NCBI GenBank assembly: GCA_973895155.1 | Contig: OZ316894.1 | Coordinates: 9,833,440-9,897,439 of the forward strand | Reading direction: 5' to 3' | DNA length: 64,000 nt | Source: Marsupella aquatica | Taxonomy: Eukaryota; Plantae; Marchantiophyta | The notes under the pieces: generated by a model | Told to the model about the DNA's origin: nothing | The model's database searches: none | Seen by the model: only the letters and a program-made list of their open reading frames with translations | Shown: positions 38,364-50,652 of the stretch, one piece after another | How the letters are laid out: each line of letters begins with the position of its first letter | Numbering within the stretch: position 1 is the stretch's first letter | Translations under genes and position numbers: made by a program

Positions 38364-39051
38364 TTTCGATAGATGAAGCACAGCCTGGTTTGCGAAGACT
38401 GATTAATTTTTCCCAATGAAAACTAGGTAAAGCTGGCCGTAAAGTGAAAGCGAACACCTGAAGGGAAGCACAGAGCACAAATCAACCCCAACAAATTCAA
38501 ATCGTAGGATCGACATGGTTCCTGCGGCTTCCAATTTTGCGAACCGGGAGTCGAGGTCTGCAAGAACCAGAGGGACAGAAAACACACGCAAAACAGCGGG
38601 CAGTGTGCCACAACCCACTTCACGTTATTTTGGACCAGGTGGGCCCCAGCTCGTACGCACGCTTCATGGGATGGGGGTCAGAATGGGGTGTCCGCCGGTG
38701 GGGATTGCGTGGAAGGGGGCAACTCTCCATTTTGCGCAGGCGCCAAATGATCCGCTATACTATTGGGATAGCGGCGCAAAATCTCCAAACCGTTGGAGAT
38801 GCTCTAACCCACTCTCTTAATTCGCCTTCTTTTCAACACCCTACCCTCTTGTGGAAATGGGGGTGAGACAATAGATTGGTGCAATTCTGACTTTGTGCCC
38901 CACTTAGGAAGAACAGGGGTAGGGGTGGAAAAGGGGCAAATGGAAAGGCTCCCTAAAAGGCCCTATGCTATCTGCGCTCAACCTTGAACACGAGTGAATG
39001 TTGGGCTGGCCATCCCCTCCCAACTCTAAAATGTAATTGAGGGCTGACCTC

Positions 39052-39155
39052 AAGTGACAAATTACAGAGCTGAGCTCTGACATTTTTAAGAACGGAAGGA
39101 AACAAGTGACAAATTACAGAGCTGAGCTCTGACATTTTTTAAGAACTGAAGGAAA
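39052..39155. repeat. ~52-bp tandem duplication
   Basis: AAGTGACAAATTACAGAGCTGAGCTCTGACATTTTTAAGAAC x2. Confidence 0.85.
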
Positions 39156-39254
39156 AAAACCGTCAGGGTTGATAGAATACAGCTCTGAGCTCGCCTCTCA
39201 AATACACCTTACAACGTCCCCTTCCCCAACTCTCTCATCGAACCTCCCCCAAGA

Positions 39255-39370
39255 ACCTTCTCTTGAAATTCCCTCCCACAAAACCTGAACCAAAAGTACC
39301 TACCCAAATCAAAGCACTTCTCTTGAAAGCCCCTCCCACAATACCTGAACCAAAAGTACCTCCCCAAAAC
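39255..39370. repeat. 60-bp tandem duplication
   Basis: CTTCTCTTGAAA..CCTCCCACAA.ACCTGAACCAAAAGTACCT.CCCAAA x2. Confidence 0.85.
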
Positions 39371-42301
39371 CATGCCCAGAGAGGCACGGCTGTGGTAGTT
39401 CACTTGAGTTGAAACTCATAAGTCTAGAGTTTAAATGTTGTGACTGTTCCCTTTCCGTGAGGTTTGAGAGATTCACCGTTGTAAAGTTATAAAAAAAAAT
39501 AAACCATATTGGTAGCCGAGATGGGTTGGATTTGGATTGTGAACGGGAAGCTATGGAGAAGTTTAAGGGAGGCCTAGGTTGGGGGATGGGTGATTTCAAG
39601 GAGAGGGTTAGATTCTGCATTTGAGGTGCTAAGCCTCTGTAGAGTTGATAGGAGTCGCATTTGTGGGGCATACAGAATTGCTCTCTCCAGCCCAAGAACC
39701 CAGCAATTGGGCTAGAGAAGAGATATATGGTTATGGACGGCATCGGTTTTGTGCGAATCAATTACCGAAGCTGTTTTGGATTTACGGACAACAACCCACA
39801 CAATTCAACAACGTATAGTTCAGTTTATTAGATCATTTGCGTCAAATGTTGTTCCTAAACCAACACTATCGGTTCCATCACATCCAATCACATCACAGTC
39901 GGCTACTAGAAAATGTTTAGTTGAACCTGGCAGCAATGTCTGGCCTTAATTTACGTTCAGATTGGATCCTAAGATCTCAAGAATTTGAGCCTGAGTAAGT
40001 AAGCGCGATACCCTTAAAAAAATGAGACAGACAGTCAAAAGATGCGAAGATTTCCCCGCGTTTACATTAGTACGCAGGGAGTGGCAACATCATAGGTGGC
40101 GATCAAATCCATCAAGGTCGTAGCTGTAAGTTAATATGGCTTTCGAAGGAACAAAGGAGATCAAAATGCAAAAATTGTTGGTGGAAACAACTCAGTCCGG
40201 GCGCGCTCCAGTGGCTGCCCATGCGTCTCTAATCAACCGATTTTCTTTCTGTCATTTGCAATCGAAGTATCACCCAAAGCAAATTAATTCGGCAGTCCAA
40301 TTTCAGTAACCGACTAACATTCAAGGATCTTACGTAGAGATATGCGGTCGGCGTTGCTGTTGCTGAGCGGTGTGATCCTCTTCGGTTGAGCAAGTGAGCG
40401 TTAGATTTTAGATTTCCGACTGCGTTTCGGTTGAAATAATTTGAAGTTCAACCCAACATGCAACCGTCATTCGGTGTAAGGCAAGTAAACTTTCAGTTGC
40501 CATCTTATTAACGTTGCATCGATAAGAAACGATCCTCTTCCATAGATATCATTTGCATTTGCACCGATCGAGACTAGTACGTAACATGTTGACGAGGGAG
40601 GACAAGTTTCTGCACGCTGACGAGTATTGCACTCTTTTTCACACTCTTTTAGCTGGCAGAAATACTTACTCTCTCGTCAACAAGCAAGTTAAGTAGTCTC
40701 CATACAAACGCAGATGAGAAATAAAATGATTCTGATGGTATGAACCTAAGTACGAGGATGGATATTTAATTTTCTCATCTATGCAGTTTCCTTTAATTAC
40801 ATGGCAACCGAAAGTTTCAAGCTCAGCTTCGATCTGTCCTCGGCAGATTCACTTATTCCTGCATGCTTTGCTAACGTTTCAAGCACCCCCGGAGCTGTCA
40901 GTAGAAGAAAGTGCGAGCTTCAGCACGCAGGCGTAAAGATTTGCGATCAACTTTTTCCCAGATTTACGCATTTGACCGTGAACACCCGTGGACCAGAGAC
41001 CATTACAACTATGCGCATGATGGCAGCCATGCAGAGTGTGGATGACTGCAGAAATCGCTGATCACATATTTGACGCCGATTTCGGATAGCCAGGTCGAAA
41101 GGGGCACTTCTTATCTCGACTGATCCATAGACTGTGAAATTGCTTACTTCGAGAATGTTTGTTCAAGACTCCAGTCTATTGGTTCGAATGATATATCACA
41201 GTTTCCTCCTCCGTTTTTTTAGTTGATGAACCGCTTTCTCCTAAATCACGCTTTCTCCTAAATCACGTGTTTCCGCTCGTTTCGGCAAAGCACATGCACC
41301 TCGCTTTATCAACTGCCAATCCAGGCAAAGTCCCGTCCTACCAAATTAAAACCTCCACACTTCCGTACTCCTGGAGTCCTGGTGGGCAGACTTGGGCGTT
41401 CAAGGAAAGGCCCAGATAATGTATTATTTTAGGCTGCCATAACTACAAAAAGGGGCCAGTAGGAACAAAAGATGTCCAAAGCTGACAAGCACAATAATCA
41501 GTCAATTAAGTGGGCAAATATTACGTCCAAAGGTGAAACACAAAACTCGGAAAAGTGTGCAAATGCAAACAACAAATACCTAGAAAGGGGAAAAAGAAAA
41601 CCAGGCGAAAAGATCTACCCTTGCAATAGTGGTAGAAGAAGATGGTCCATATAGAGTGCAATAGTGTGGTGAGCTTAGGTATTCCACACCTAGGGTCATA
41701 AGTAAGTCAGCTACAGTAGACACAGAATGTCCTATAGTACCCACAACTAGAGATCTATGAAAGATTGTTTGAGCTTAAGCATGCTCTAGCTCCAATCACT
41801 GAAATCCGCTGACAAAAGTGCATTGTCAAAACAAATTTATAGTGGTGGTGCTATCCTGGAATGAGCCCGATAGTGAATGTCTTGAGCTGGCTATCAAAGG
41901 AGCCCACTGAACTAATAATGGAGCCACCCTACACCCTTCCAGTCTTGGCACGGATGTTAGATAGAGTGAAAGTTTGCAAATGCTCCCCTAGGTCAGAAAA
42001 AAAAAACTAATTCCAACTAAGGAAAACAAACTCCTGAAATGAGGATAACTCAACTCCAAGAGGGCCGAATAGTGATGCCTAGTACACCTCCTAGATACTA
42101 ACCTGATTGAAATGCAAGGGAACTCTCCTTGATATCCATGAGAACTGAAAGTAACAAGGTCAATCCTCAGCTAGGAATCATAGACCTTCTAACAATGAGA
42201 GTACTATTGCCCATTGGAGTACTATGGCCCCATGCTCTCCAAAAGGCCAAAGGTGTTATGCTCTCAATGGAAGTAAGTTATTAACATTCACCCCACTCAA
42301 A

Positions 42302-42545
42302 AGTGCGATTCATTCATGCTTGTTACATTCAAAACACTATGAAGGGGGTGAGCAATGGTGTGGGCAGCTATGTACTTAAGGGTCTTAATGAGCCTCGATC
42401 AAGATTGCTCTCTACCATGAATGTAATTTAGAACAAAACTCAAGCTCAAGGCTCATTAAGAGCCTCCTTACACAGCTGCCCGTATACGAGACCGGGTGAG
42501 TCCAAATTTTTTTGAGTGTCAAGAGGGTATGAATGAACCGCACTC
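42302..42545. repeat. Degenerate inverted repeat (~95-bp arms, ~50-bp spacer)
   Basis: AGTGCGATTCATTCAT...GGGCAGCTATGTA...TCTTAATGAGCCT versus AGGCTCATTAAGA...TACACAGCTGCCC...ATGAATGAACCGCACT. Confidence 0.65.
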
Positions 42546-42608
42546 TTGGGTCGGGTGAATGACAAAAGCTTTCTTGGTAGGCAGGAGTCAAACTTGAGAC
42601 CTCCCCGG

Positions 42609-42956
42609 TGTTGAGCAAATAAGACATTCACAACGGCTAGCCCATGAACCATCCAATGCACGAGTAGTCAACACAGAGCGATACGTGGTTCACCTCAACT
42701 AAGGCTACAACCACGGGAACACAAGAGAGGTTTATTGCACTCTGACTAGGCCCGTCGACCATACCAAGTCTCCACAATACAAGATCTCCTTATAACTCAA
42801 TTGGCCCCGTCACAATGAGTATGAGCTCCTCCTATCCAAACAAACACCGTTTAGAATATAGTGTGCAACCTAGTTATTGTAACCTAATTTGCGACTAAGG
42901 TCAACCTTAACTACAGTGACAATTGTAACCCTAGACCTAAGAGTAAATGTCTAACA
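42609..42956 (-). mobile_element. Isolated LTR, diverged relative of the Copia LTR at 53870/59849
   Basis: TGTTGAGCA...GCCCATGAACCATCCAA...GATACGTGGTTCACCTC...AAGAGTAAATGTCTAACA is colinear with the intact LTRs; no matching TSD. Confidence 0.85.
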
Positions 42957-44018
42957 CTCTACTCAAGTGAGCTAGTCTACCATGCAGCCTGATGCACATG
43001 GTCATAAAAGAGATGCGTGCTTGGTATTTAACCTGGCTAATACAGGCATGAGGAAAAGTGGACAGCTTCATACTGGCTAATCAATGATTGATTAGCCTCG
43101 ATCATGTGTCTCTTCCCTAGTGGAATGCAAGAAGAGTCACCATGTCATAAATGACATTCCAGGGACTCCAATCTTACAATTGCAAGTTCTATGCTTGCAG
43201 ACGTGGCAGGTTTTAGATGGGGGAGTATTGCAACGTGGAGAAACACCTCAGGCTGATCAGTTGGCGCAGAGTGATCGAAGATGGCAAAGAAGGATTGAGC
43301 AAGACGAAAGACGTGTAGCACGAGGAAGAGTGAAAAGCAGAACTGGAGCTTCGCGGGTGTTGGAGATATTGTTTAGACAAACATTGCGTCTAAAGTACTC
43401 TGACAGTGAATTAACACCAAAATCTCTCTGGGCAGTGTCCCTTCCTCTGCTGTTTCACTAGTCTGATGCAGTCAGTAATCGGTCAGAACAAAAATTAATT
43501 CCTTTCATTTCCCAACCCTCGTCACTCGAGACGATAGCCCCCACTCTAGCTTCTCTTGGCAATTGCACAGCAATTGCAATTGTGAGAGAAATAGCCCTTA
43601 GTGTAGCTTCTCTTGGCCATTACAGAGCAATTGTGAGAGGAAGAAATCATTGGTGTCAGGGAAAAGCGCCTGATCCCAGGGAATGAGGAGATAAACAATT
43701 GACGGGATCCCAACGGGACTCTGGCTCAACTGAGCCGGTTCAATGTTTTGATTGCATGGCCAGAAGAAGATCATTTGTTGTTTTGCTTGAGCAATTCAGC
43801 TGCAATTGCACCAGTTCTGATTTCAGATTAGGCTGCTGACTTGTTCCTCACATTGCACTAATTCGAAGTGCTTAGTATCATGCACCACTCTGTGTCTCTC
43901 CCATTAAACCTATCAAAGTCTTGGATTCAGTTGGATTCTGTGGCGATTATTTCTACAAATTCTGTCTCTCACCTTCCAGAAGTCTAGCAAAGACTTCTCT
44001 TCCATAGTACGGGAAGCG

Positions 44019-47000
44019 ATGATGCCGAGAACCATGCTCAGAGCTGCAGCTGCTGCAGCAGCGCTGGTACTGGCGTGCACCATGATTTTCCCGGGAGGCG
44101 CTTCTGCAGCAGAAAAGCTCTACACGAAGACTTTCAAATCGATACCCTTCATACTGGGCCCGGGGGAGGTTTGTGACAAGCACGTACCCTTGGAGATGCC
44201 AAAGGGCCACATCGCGCTTCGCAGCTTCAACGGTCACGTCGTGGATGAGAATGGAGTTCCAGTTCCTCTCCACGAAACGTACCTCCATCACTGGACTGTT
44301 CACCGCTACTACATGCCCAGGTCGAACAGCAGCGGTGTCCAGGAGCGCATCATCGCATCCAACTCGGGAGTGTGCGAAGAAGGAAACCTTGCACACTTGT
44401 ATGGGCTGGGCTCCGAGACCCGACGCACGGAGACCGAAATTCCAGCTCCCTACGGTATCGAGGTTGGCAACCCAGAGAGCGTTCCTGTTGGATACGAAGA
44501 AATATGGGAATTCAACATCCATGCCATCGACACTCGGGGCGCCGTGGACAAGAGGGGATGCACGGAGTGCGTGTGCGATCTTTACAACATTACCGTGGAC
44601 CCGTCTGGTGACCATCTCCGTTCGATCCCAGAGGATTACGCGGGCGGGCTGGAATGCTGCCACGATGAAGCGCACTGTGTTGTGGACCCGGCATACGAGG
44701 GCCCGAGGAGGACCTTGTTCATGGAGTACAATGTCAAGTGGGTTGACATGTCGTCGGATGTCGTTCCCGTGAAAGTTTATATCTTCGATGTCACGGATGA
44801 GAGGACCACTGTCAGTGGAGCAGACAAGTGCTGGGTGAGAGCAATCAATCAGTCAATCGCCTTCTTGCAATTTCCGCCTCAGTCTTAAGTAGATTTTTCA
44901 TCAGTCCGTCAACCTTAGCTCAGATTAAAATTTTAAGTCAAACTAAATCTCTCTTGGGTGGTCGTGTTGAACTCACCTTCCGACGGGATTCCAAGACAGT
45001 CCTGACTTAGTTTAGCTCGTTTCCAAGTCCGTTCCAAGTCATGACTAGCTTGGAATTGTATTTGGCTAGCATACGATTTGTTCACCTAGTCAGCTATGTT
45101 TCTTCAAGTCCCTTGGCTTTGCATTTCTTTCTTCACCCACTTGACATAGTACTCCGAGGAGGACCTTCTTGCAATTCACATCTCAGTCTTACACCTAGGG
45201 TTTCATTAGTCTATCTCTTGTTGGGGATCCATGCTCAAATAAAAATTTGAAGTCAATTTAATTCCCTCTCATCTGGGTGTTGATTGCTCACCTGCCGGGA
45301 TTTTAAGTCCTGATTTATTTCAGCTCCTTTCCAAGTCAATTCCAAGTCATGACTACCGAGGAATCGTATGCAGCTGGCATAGTTGATCACCCAGTCAGAT
45401 ATTGTTTCTTCAAGTGCACTGGCCTTGCATTTCCTTCTTCTTACTGTTCTTGGGGGTGGGGGGGGGGGGGGGGGGCGGGGGGGCGCGGGGGGTGGAATAG
45501 TGAGTGAGGCTCTGTTTCATCAGCACTCACTCGCACTGGCCCAACTCTGCTTCCGTTTCTTCTCGGAGGCCGAATTTGAATTTGGAATATTCGGACGTGA
45601 AATTAGAGTAGAATCACAAACTTGTACCAGTCGTGATATCGATGATTCAAGTTTGAAGGAGACTGATCGAGTATGCACTCACGTCTTGCACAGGTTGAGT
45701 ACACTGTGCCAAAGTGCGCTGAAGGAGAAGCCTCCTGCATCCACAAACTAGAGAATATCAACTACTTACCTAACGGTGGGGATGTAATATACGGTGTGGC
45801 GCATCAACACTCTGGAGGTCTTGGGTCGACTCTTTACAATTCGGTACGATATCTCTTTACAGATTGTTTTATATTCTGGGTTGGATGACAGCCCTACACC
45901 TTAATAGTGACTCTGGATAGGATATTCCGGACATGTATATAAAGTAGAACGATTGATGCCTTGCCAAAGCAAGAATTCCCTACCGGCCGCTCTTTTGCTC
46001 AGGGGTTTAAATCGATCTCTCCATTCGATCATTTATTGACTTCAAATCATCGTTGTGATCAATAGGATGGTTCGGAGATCTGCTCATCGATCCCCATTTA
46101 TGGGAACGGGAGCGAGGCGGGCAATGAAGTTGGTTACATTGTGGGAATGAGCACTTGCTATCCTACGCCCGGGCAAGTGAAAGTACGTGGAGGAGAATGT
46201 TTGCGGTTGACGTCCTGGTACAATAACGAAGAGCGGCACACGGGTGTTATGGCCTTGTTCTATATCCTTGTTGACGAATCAACAGCACTTCCGCCTGCGG
46301 GGCCACAGGTCAGCGAAAGCTTCATTTAAAGTTCTAATTTAGCGACCACCCTTGGATTGCTAGTTAGATTGTAGGTAGAATGTTGTGAATCGGGATCCTG
46401 ATCGAAAGATACACATAAGCTGAAAGACGCGAGAGTGGTGAAAGACATGATTTAGATTCTTTCAAACGTGTATCTCGATTGAAGGTTATCCATGGGCCCG
46501 CTGGTGTTACCTCGCTTCATGTCCTGTGAAGAGAGATCGATAGGTTAGACAAATACACAGATGGGGACCATTAAGACGGCGGTAACGGAAGTGGCAAGGG
46601 CCCATCCATTGCATGTTCAGCTGGTCTTTGCAAACTACTAGATTCAGGCTTTTGCTAGCAATTGCACTCTCTGATTCAGGCTCCTATGTTGACTTAGCTC
46701 AGTGCCTGTCAGGATCAGACTCAGCTCAGTCCTGCATTCAGTCTAAACCGTGGGGCCCGAGTGGTTTGGGGCTGAGCCAGCTTTAGCACTCTCAGATTAA
46801 GACTCCTTTGTTGACTTCAGCTCAGTCAAGCAATCGATTCATGTCGGCTAATCTGAAAGATCATCGGGGTCTTGGATTCTTGAATTTGTGTGACTAAGAA
46901 GGCAATATATATGAAACAAAAACCGAACGAAGTACATCGACCTTTCATTTTGTGGGTTATCAGACCTGCTCCAAATTTTGCAGAATTTTTAATTCTGGTT

Positions 47001-47178
47001 TCAACTGATCGATCGGTTTCTTGCATCTTGGTTTGTGCAGGATGACCCCGCCAAAAATTGGATGCCATTAGCTGCAGCACTCGTAGTTGCCATAGTCCTC
47101 ATTGCCGCTATAGTGGCAAATCACCTGAAGACGAAGAAAAGAGGGCCAGAGTATGAACGCCTGCCAGTAGGAGCATGA
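44019..47178 (+). CDS. Stress up-regulated Nod 19 (SURNod19) family protein with signal peptide and C-terminal TM; 4 exons
   Basis: Exons 44019-44834, 45694-45843, 46066-46308 and 47041-47178 (GT-AG, all phase 0). Motifs PVPLHETYLHHW, GLGSETRRT, IPAPYGIEVGNP, HAIDTRG, GCTECVCDLYN, YGVAHQHSGG, GYIVGMSTCYP, HTGVMALFY. Last exon reads NWMPLAAALVVAIVLIAAIVANHLKTKKRGPEYERLPVGA*. Confidence 0.93.
44955..45495. repeat. Intronic ~170-bp direct duplication followed by a G-run
   Basis: GTCCTGA..TA.TT.AGCTC.TTTCCAAGTC..TTCCAAGTCATGACTA at ~45000 and ~45307; G-rich tract at 45452-45493. Confidence 0.75.
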
Positions 47179-47372
47179 GCACTTACTAGCAGCCTGGAGT
47201 ATGATTGTCTCGTCAATATGGGAGAGATCGATGCAGCATTGAAAATAACTACTGTAAATTCCTCGCACAGTTGTAGTTTTTAGAACGATTGGCCAAGCGT
47301 TAAATGATAATATTTGACACATGATAGGCAAGCTTCAATGATCTTGGGAAGGAGCTCGATATCGACTTGGGA

Positions 47373-47650
47373 AGTCTTAGTTTTGGCATTTATGTATAGA
47401 CTGAGGTGAGTTGAGTATGTTGGGTAATTAAGTATGAAGTCAGCCAGGAAAGGGTGCAGTGCAAAGGATAGTCTTTATCAGTCTCTTGCTCGAGTTTGTA
47501 AGGAAAGCTATCTACGTAAGGTTATAGTCTTAGTTTTGGCATTACGCATGTATATACACACTGAAGTGAGTTGGTAGATGTTGGGTAATTAGCATCGAAG
47601 ATCGACAGCTGCCCAGGAAGGGTGCAGCACTGCAAAATGATAATCTTATT
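47373..47650. repeat. ~150-bp tandem duplication 3' of SURNod19
   Basis: AGTCTTAGTTTTGGCATT...GTTGGGTAATTA...CCAGGAA(A)GGGTGCAG x2. Confidence 0.75.
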
Positions 47651-47935
47651 AGTATCAGGCTAGGGAATTGAGGCAAAGCTAGTGGGTGTTCCTTTAGCCT
47701 GAGGAAAGTACAAGCACGCCATCAATGTCAATTTGTTCACTGCACATTATGAACATTACTTCAGAAAAATATAATTATTTTACCAACCATGTCACAAGTG
47801 TACATCAAATGGTCAATTAGAGTTGAAAACACCTAAAACTTTATACCTTCCCACAGTCCACAGGAATGGTGGATACGTTGGTGGGGACAGTAAAACCCTG
47901 CCAATGGATTGCAGAAAGCCGAGCAACTGACCCTG

Positions 47936-47939
<4 letters not shown>

Positions 47940-47974
<35 letters not shown>
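47940..47974. repeat. (GA)n microsatellite
   Basis: About 17 GA units. Confidence 0.95.
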
Positions 47975-47978
<4 letters not shown>

Positions 47979-50320
47979 CACCACCCACCAAAGAAAAAAT
48001 GAATTACACTTCTAAGTCTCGAATCAAGTCAAGAATCCATATGCGTGGAGTTGACAGAAATCATCAAATTGTTCGAATGAATCACATGTCGTCACGGGGT
48101 TACTTAGCATTATCGTACAACTCCGTGAAACCCGAGCCTTTTCTTGACACAACCCTAGATTGCTTACGCAAGAGCTCATCCAAGAACACACCCCTGCTGA
48201 TTCCAACGCGAGCACAACCTCGAAGTATTCCGTATAAGGATTGATCGGAAACGCTGGATATTGTTCATCGCGCACTCCGGTCCTTGATGTAAGCGGACAT
48301 GCTATACCTCTCTTTTTGCAAAACCTTTTGCGAAGATGACAGTGGACATTCCAGGTCTCCGTCGGGTGACTGGTACAAATGAGAAAACATTAAAAAATTA
48401 GACAGATGGGAATCCATCAATGTTGGCCGCACAGCTTAACTTCAGTTCTTTATATCGTTGCTTGGCGAACCTTGCTTATGATGAATGGGATCGGTTTCAA
48501 GCTAGCAATCTAGTCGTTCATCTGTCTCACTGGCTTCTGGTCGATGGGAGGATCCGTGGTAGAGAAAGAAGGTCGCGCGTCCATCACCATGGATGACCGT
48601 GGGCATTGAGCTTACCCGGATCAAAGTGTAGTTGTGATTCTAAGTTCCAGAGTCCTAGATTGGAGCTTCGCCGGTAAGTAAAAGGGATAATTGACAGAAG
48701 GGGCAATTGGCCCAGTATTGGCAAATTGACCACGTGGAAGGGCTAAACTGGCCCACTTTTGGCAAATTGATCACAATTCCTGTACACCCAGGTGACAATT
48801 AGGTTGTGATTGTGGCGAATTTGACAGGCTGGTCTTCTAGGCCAGTAGCAGCTTGAAACTTGCATTCTAAACTTTCGAGCTCCATCCGCGAACGGAGTCC
48901 TGACATACTAGTAGAAGCCATTTGCACAATCCTCCGATCTGACTTCACGGAGAGGTAATGTTGCCCTTATAACCACCAGAGAAACTGTAGACCTTCCAAG
49001 AACGAGAAGGCGAAAAGAAACAGAGGATAGACAATCATGTGGCCAATCTGAAGATCGCACCTCGGAAAACATATCAACCACGTACCATCGATCACAGGAT
49101 GGGACATCTCATGAATGGTAAGAAATTGTATCGACGTTGTTGAACCTTAGATATTATGAAAACTGTGTGGGCTGACAAAAGAGGAAGGCAGAGAAGTTCA
49201 TTAACCCAATCGCTATCATGTCCATCCTCTTTCGAACGAGCACCACGAGGACTGTCGCTATCAACACTCCGCTCCTCCTCAGCCTGGAATTGATGCTCCA
49301 AGGCATTTGGGGATACTGATCAAAAGACAGAATGATGATGTCACCCTACCAAAGATCTGCGAACAGTTCGAGAAGAGGCTTCCAGTTTAGAGTCCCCGGA
49401 GTTTTGCTGGACTTCCTGTGTTGTCCCGAATTAGCTCACTTCATCGTAGAACAAACAACCGATTCCTCGGGACAGGCATGATCGAAGAAGTGCAAGAAAG
49501 AGAAGGAATGGAGTTCAGCGATACAACACTTATCTCAAGCTTTATACACCTCCGCCACAGTTACTTGTGACGTAAGTAAGTTGTGTGGCAGAAAACATTG
49601 GTCATCGTGACGGCCCCACAGTAGGGTGAACGCGCACTTAAGCTGATTACACGAAATGCTAGAAATCATTTTGAGAAACTAATGAATTCCTTTACGTAGA
49701 GCTTCCGGGCCAGGTCCACGCTGTGCCCAACACGCTCTTTCGAAGAAGGAAACTTTGCAAAGCGATTTGGTCACATTCAATCGTTTCGAGAAACCAATTC
49801 GTCGGAGAGCTCGTTCGCCAGGCTCAGCTCTACACATACGCCATCGCTGTGGCGTGAGGGAGAGGAGTAAGCAAGGATTGGGTATTGTGACGGCCCCATC
49901 GTAGAGTGAACGCGGACTTATTAGGCTGCTACTGCAATACGGAACTGTCATCTTTCGAATCTCTCGGCCAGGCTCACGCTGTACATGCTAAAACCCATTG
50001 TTTCAACTGCGGAACTTGTAAACCAAGCGATCTTGTCGAGGAAAGCTCCGTGTGAGACACACTTCTCAACAAACTCTCTGGTGCATGATATAGTCACTGC
50101 GGGATAAGGCATAACTCCAACGCGAAAAATAGGGATTTCAAAGCAGGGCATGAACTAATAGTTATGTTGTTTGTTGTTTTCTCCTTAGTCTTTTGGTTTT
50201 ATTTGCTAGGGTACTCTTTGACTTCTTGGGCCTCTTTGGTTTCTTGGGGTCCTTTGCTTCCCCCTTTATTGGGTTTTTTGCCTTTGGGACCATGTTTCCC
50301 AGTTTGGCGCTCCTATCTTT

Positions 50321-50652
50321 TGGCAGTGTGATATATATGAGACACTAGTTATGACACAAAACACCTCATGACCAGATTTTAAGGGCTCATTAGAGCCATT
50401 TTAGGGCTCATTAGAGCCTTGGGGTCCTGTGATATATATGAGACACTAGTTATTGGCAGTGTGATATATATGAGACACTAGTTATTGGCAGTGTGATATA
50501 TATGAGACACTAGTTATGACACAAAACACCTCATGACCAGATTTTACGGGCTCATTAGAGCCTTGGGGTCCTGTGATATATATGAGACACTAGTTACGCA
50601 CATAAAACACCTCATGACCAGATTTTATAAGCTCATTAGAGCCTTGGGGTCC
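50321..50652. repeat. Nested tandem repeat (~76-bp unit with ~33-bp subrepeat)
   Basis: TGTGATATATATGAGACACTAGTTA x5; CACCTCATGACCAGATTTTA..GCTCATTAGAGCC x3. Confidence 0.9.

Larger units (their letters stand above)
34692..38804. mobile_element. PIF/Harbinger DNA transposon, full length (4113 bp)
   Basis: 16-bp TIRs GAGCATCTCCAACGGT / ACCGTTGGAGATGCTC; TAA TSD at 34689-34691 and 38805-38807; convergent Myb-like and transposase ORFs. Confidence 0.95.

Noticed and set aside
41395-42250. Possible second LINE 3' remnant
   Set aside because: Only A-rich composition suggests it; no protein motif or TSD recovered.
43953-44772. ORFs 43953..44675 (-) and 44173..44772 (+) as separate genes
   Set aside because: Shadow frames of the GC-rich SURNod19 exon 1.
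45383-45751. Gly-rich ORF
   Set aside because: Produced by an intronic poly-G tract.
50321-50652. CRISPR-like array
   Set aside because: The intervening sequences are themselves repeated; this is an ordinary nested tandem repeat.
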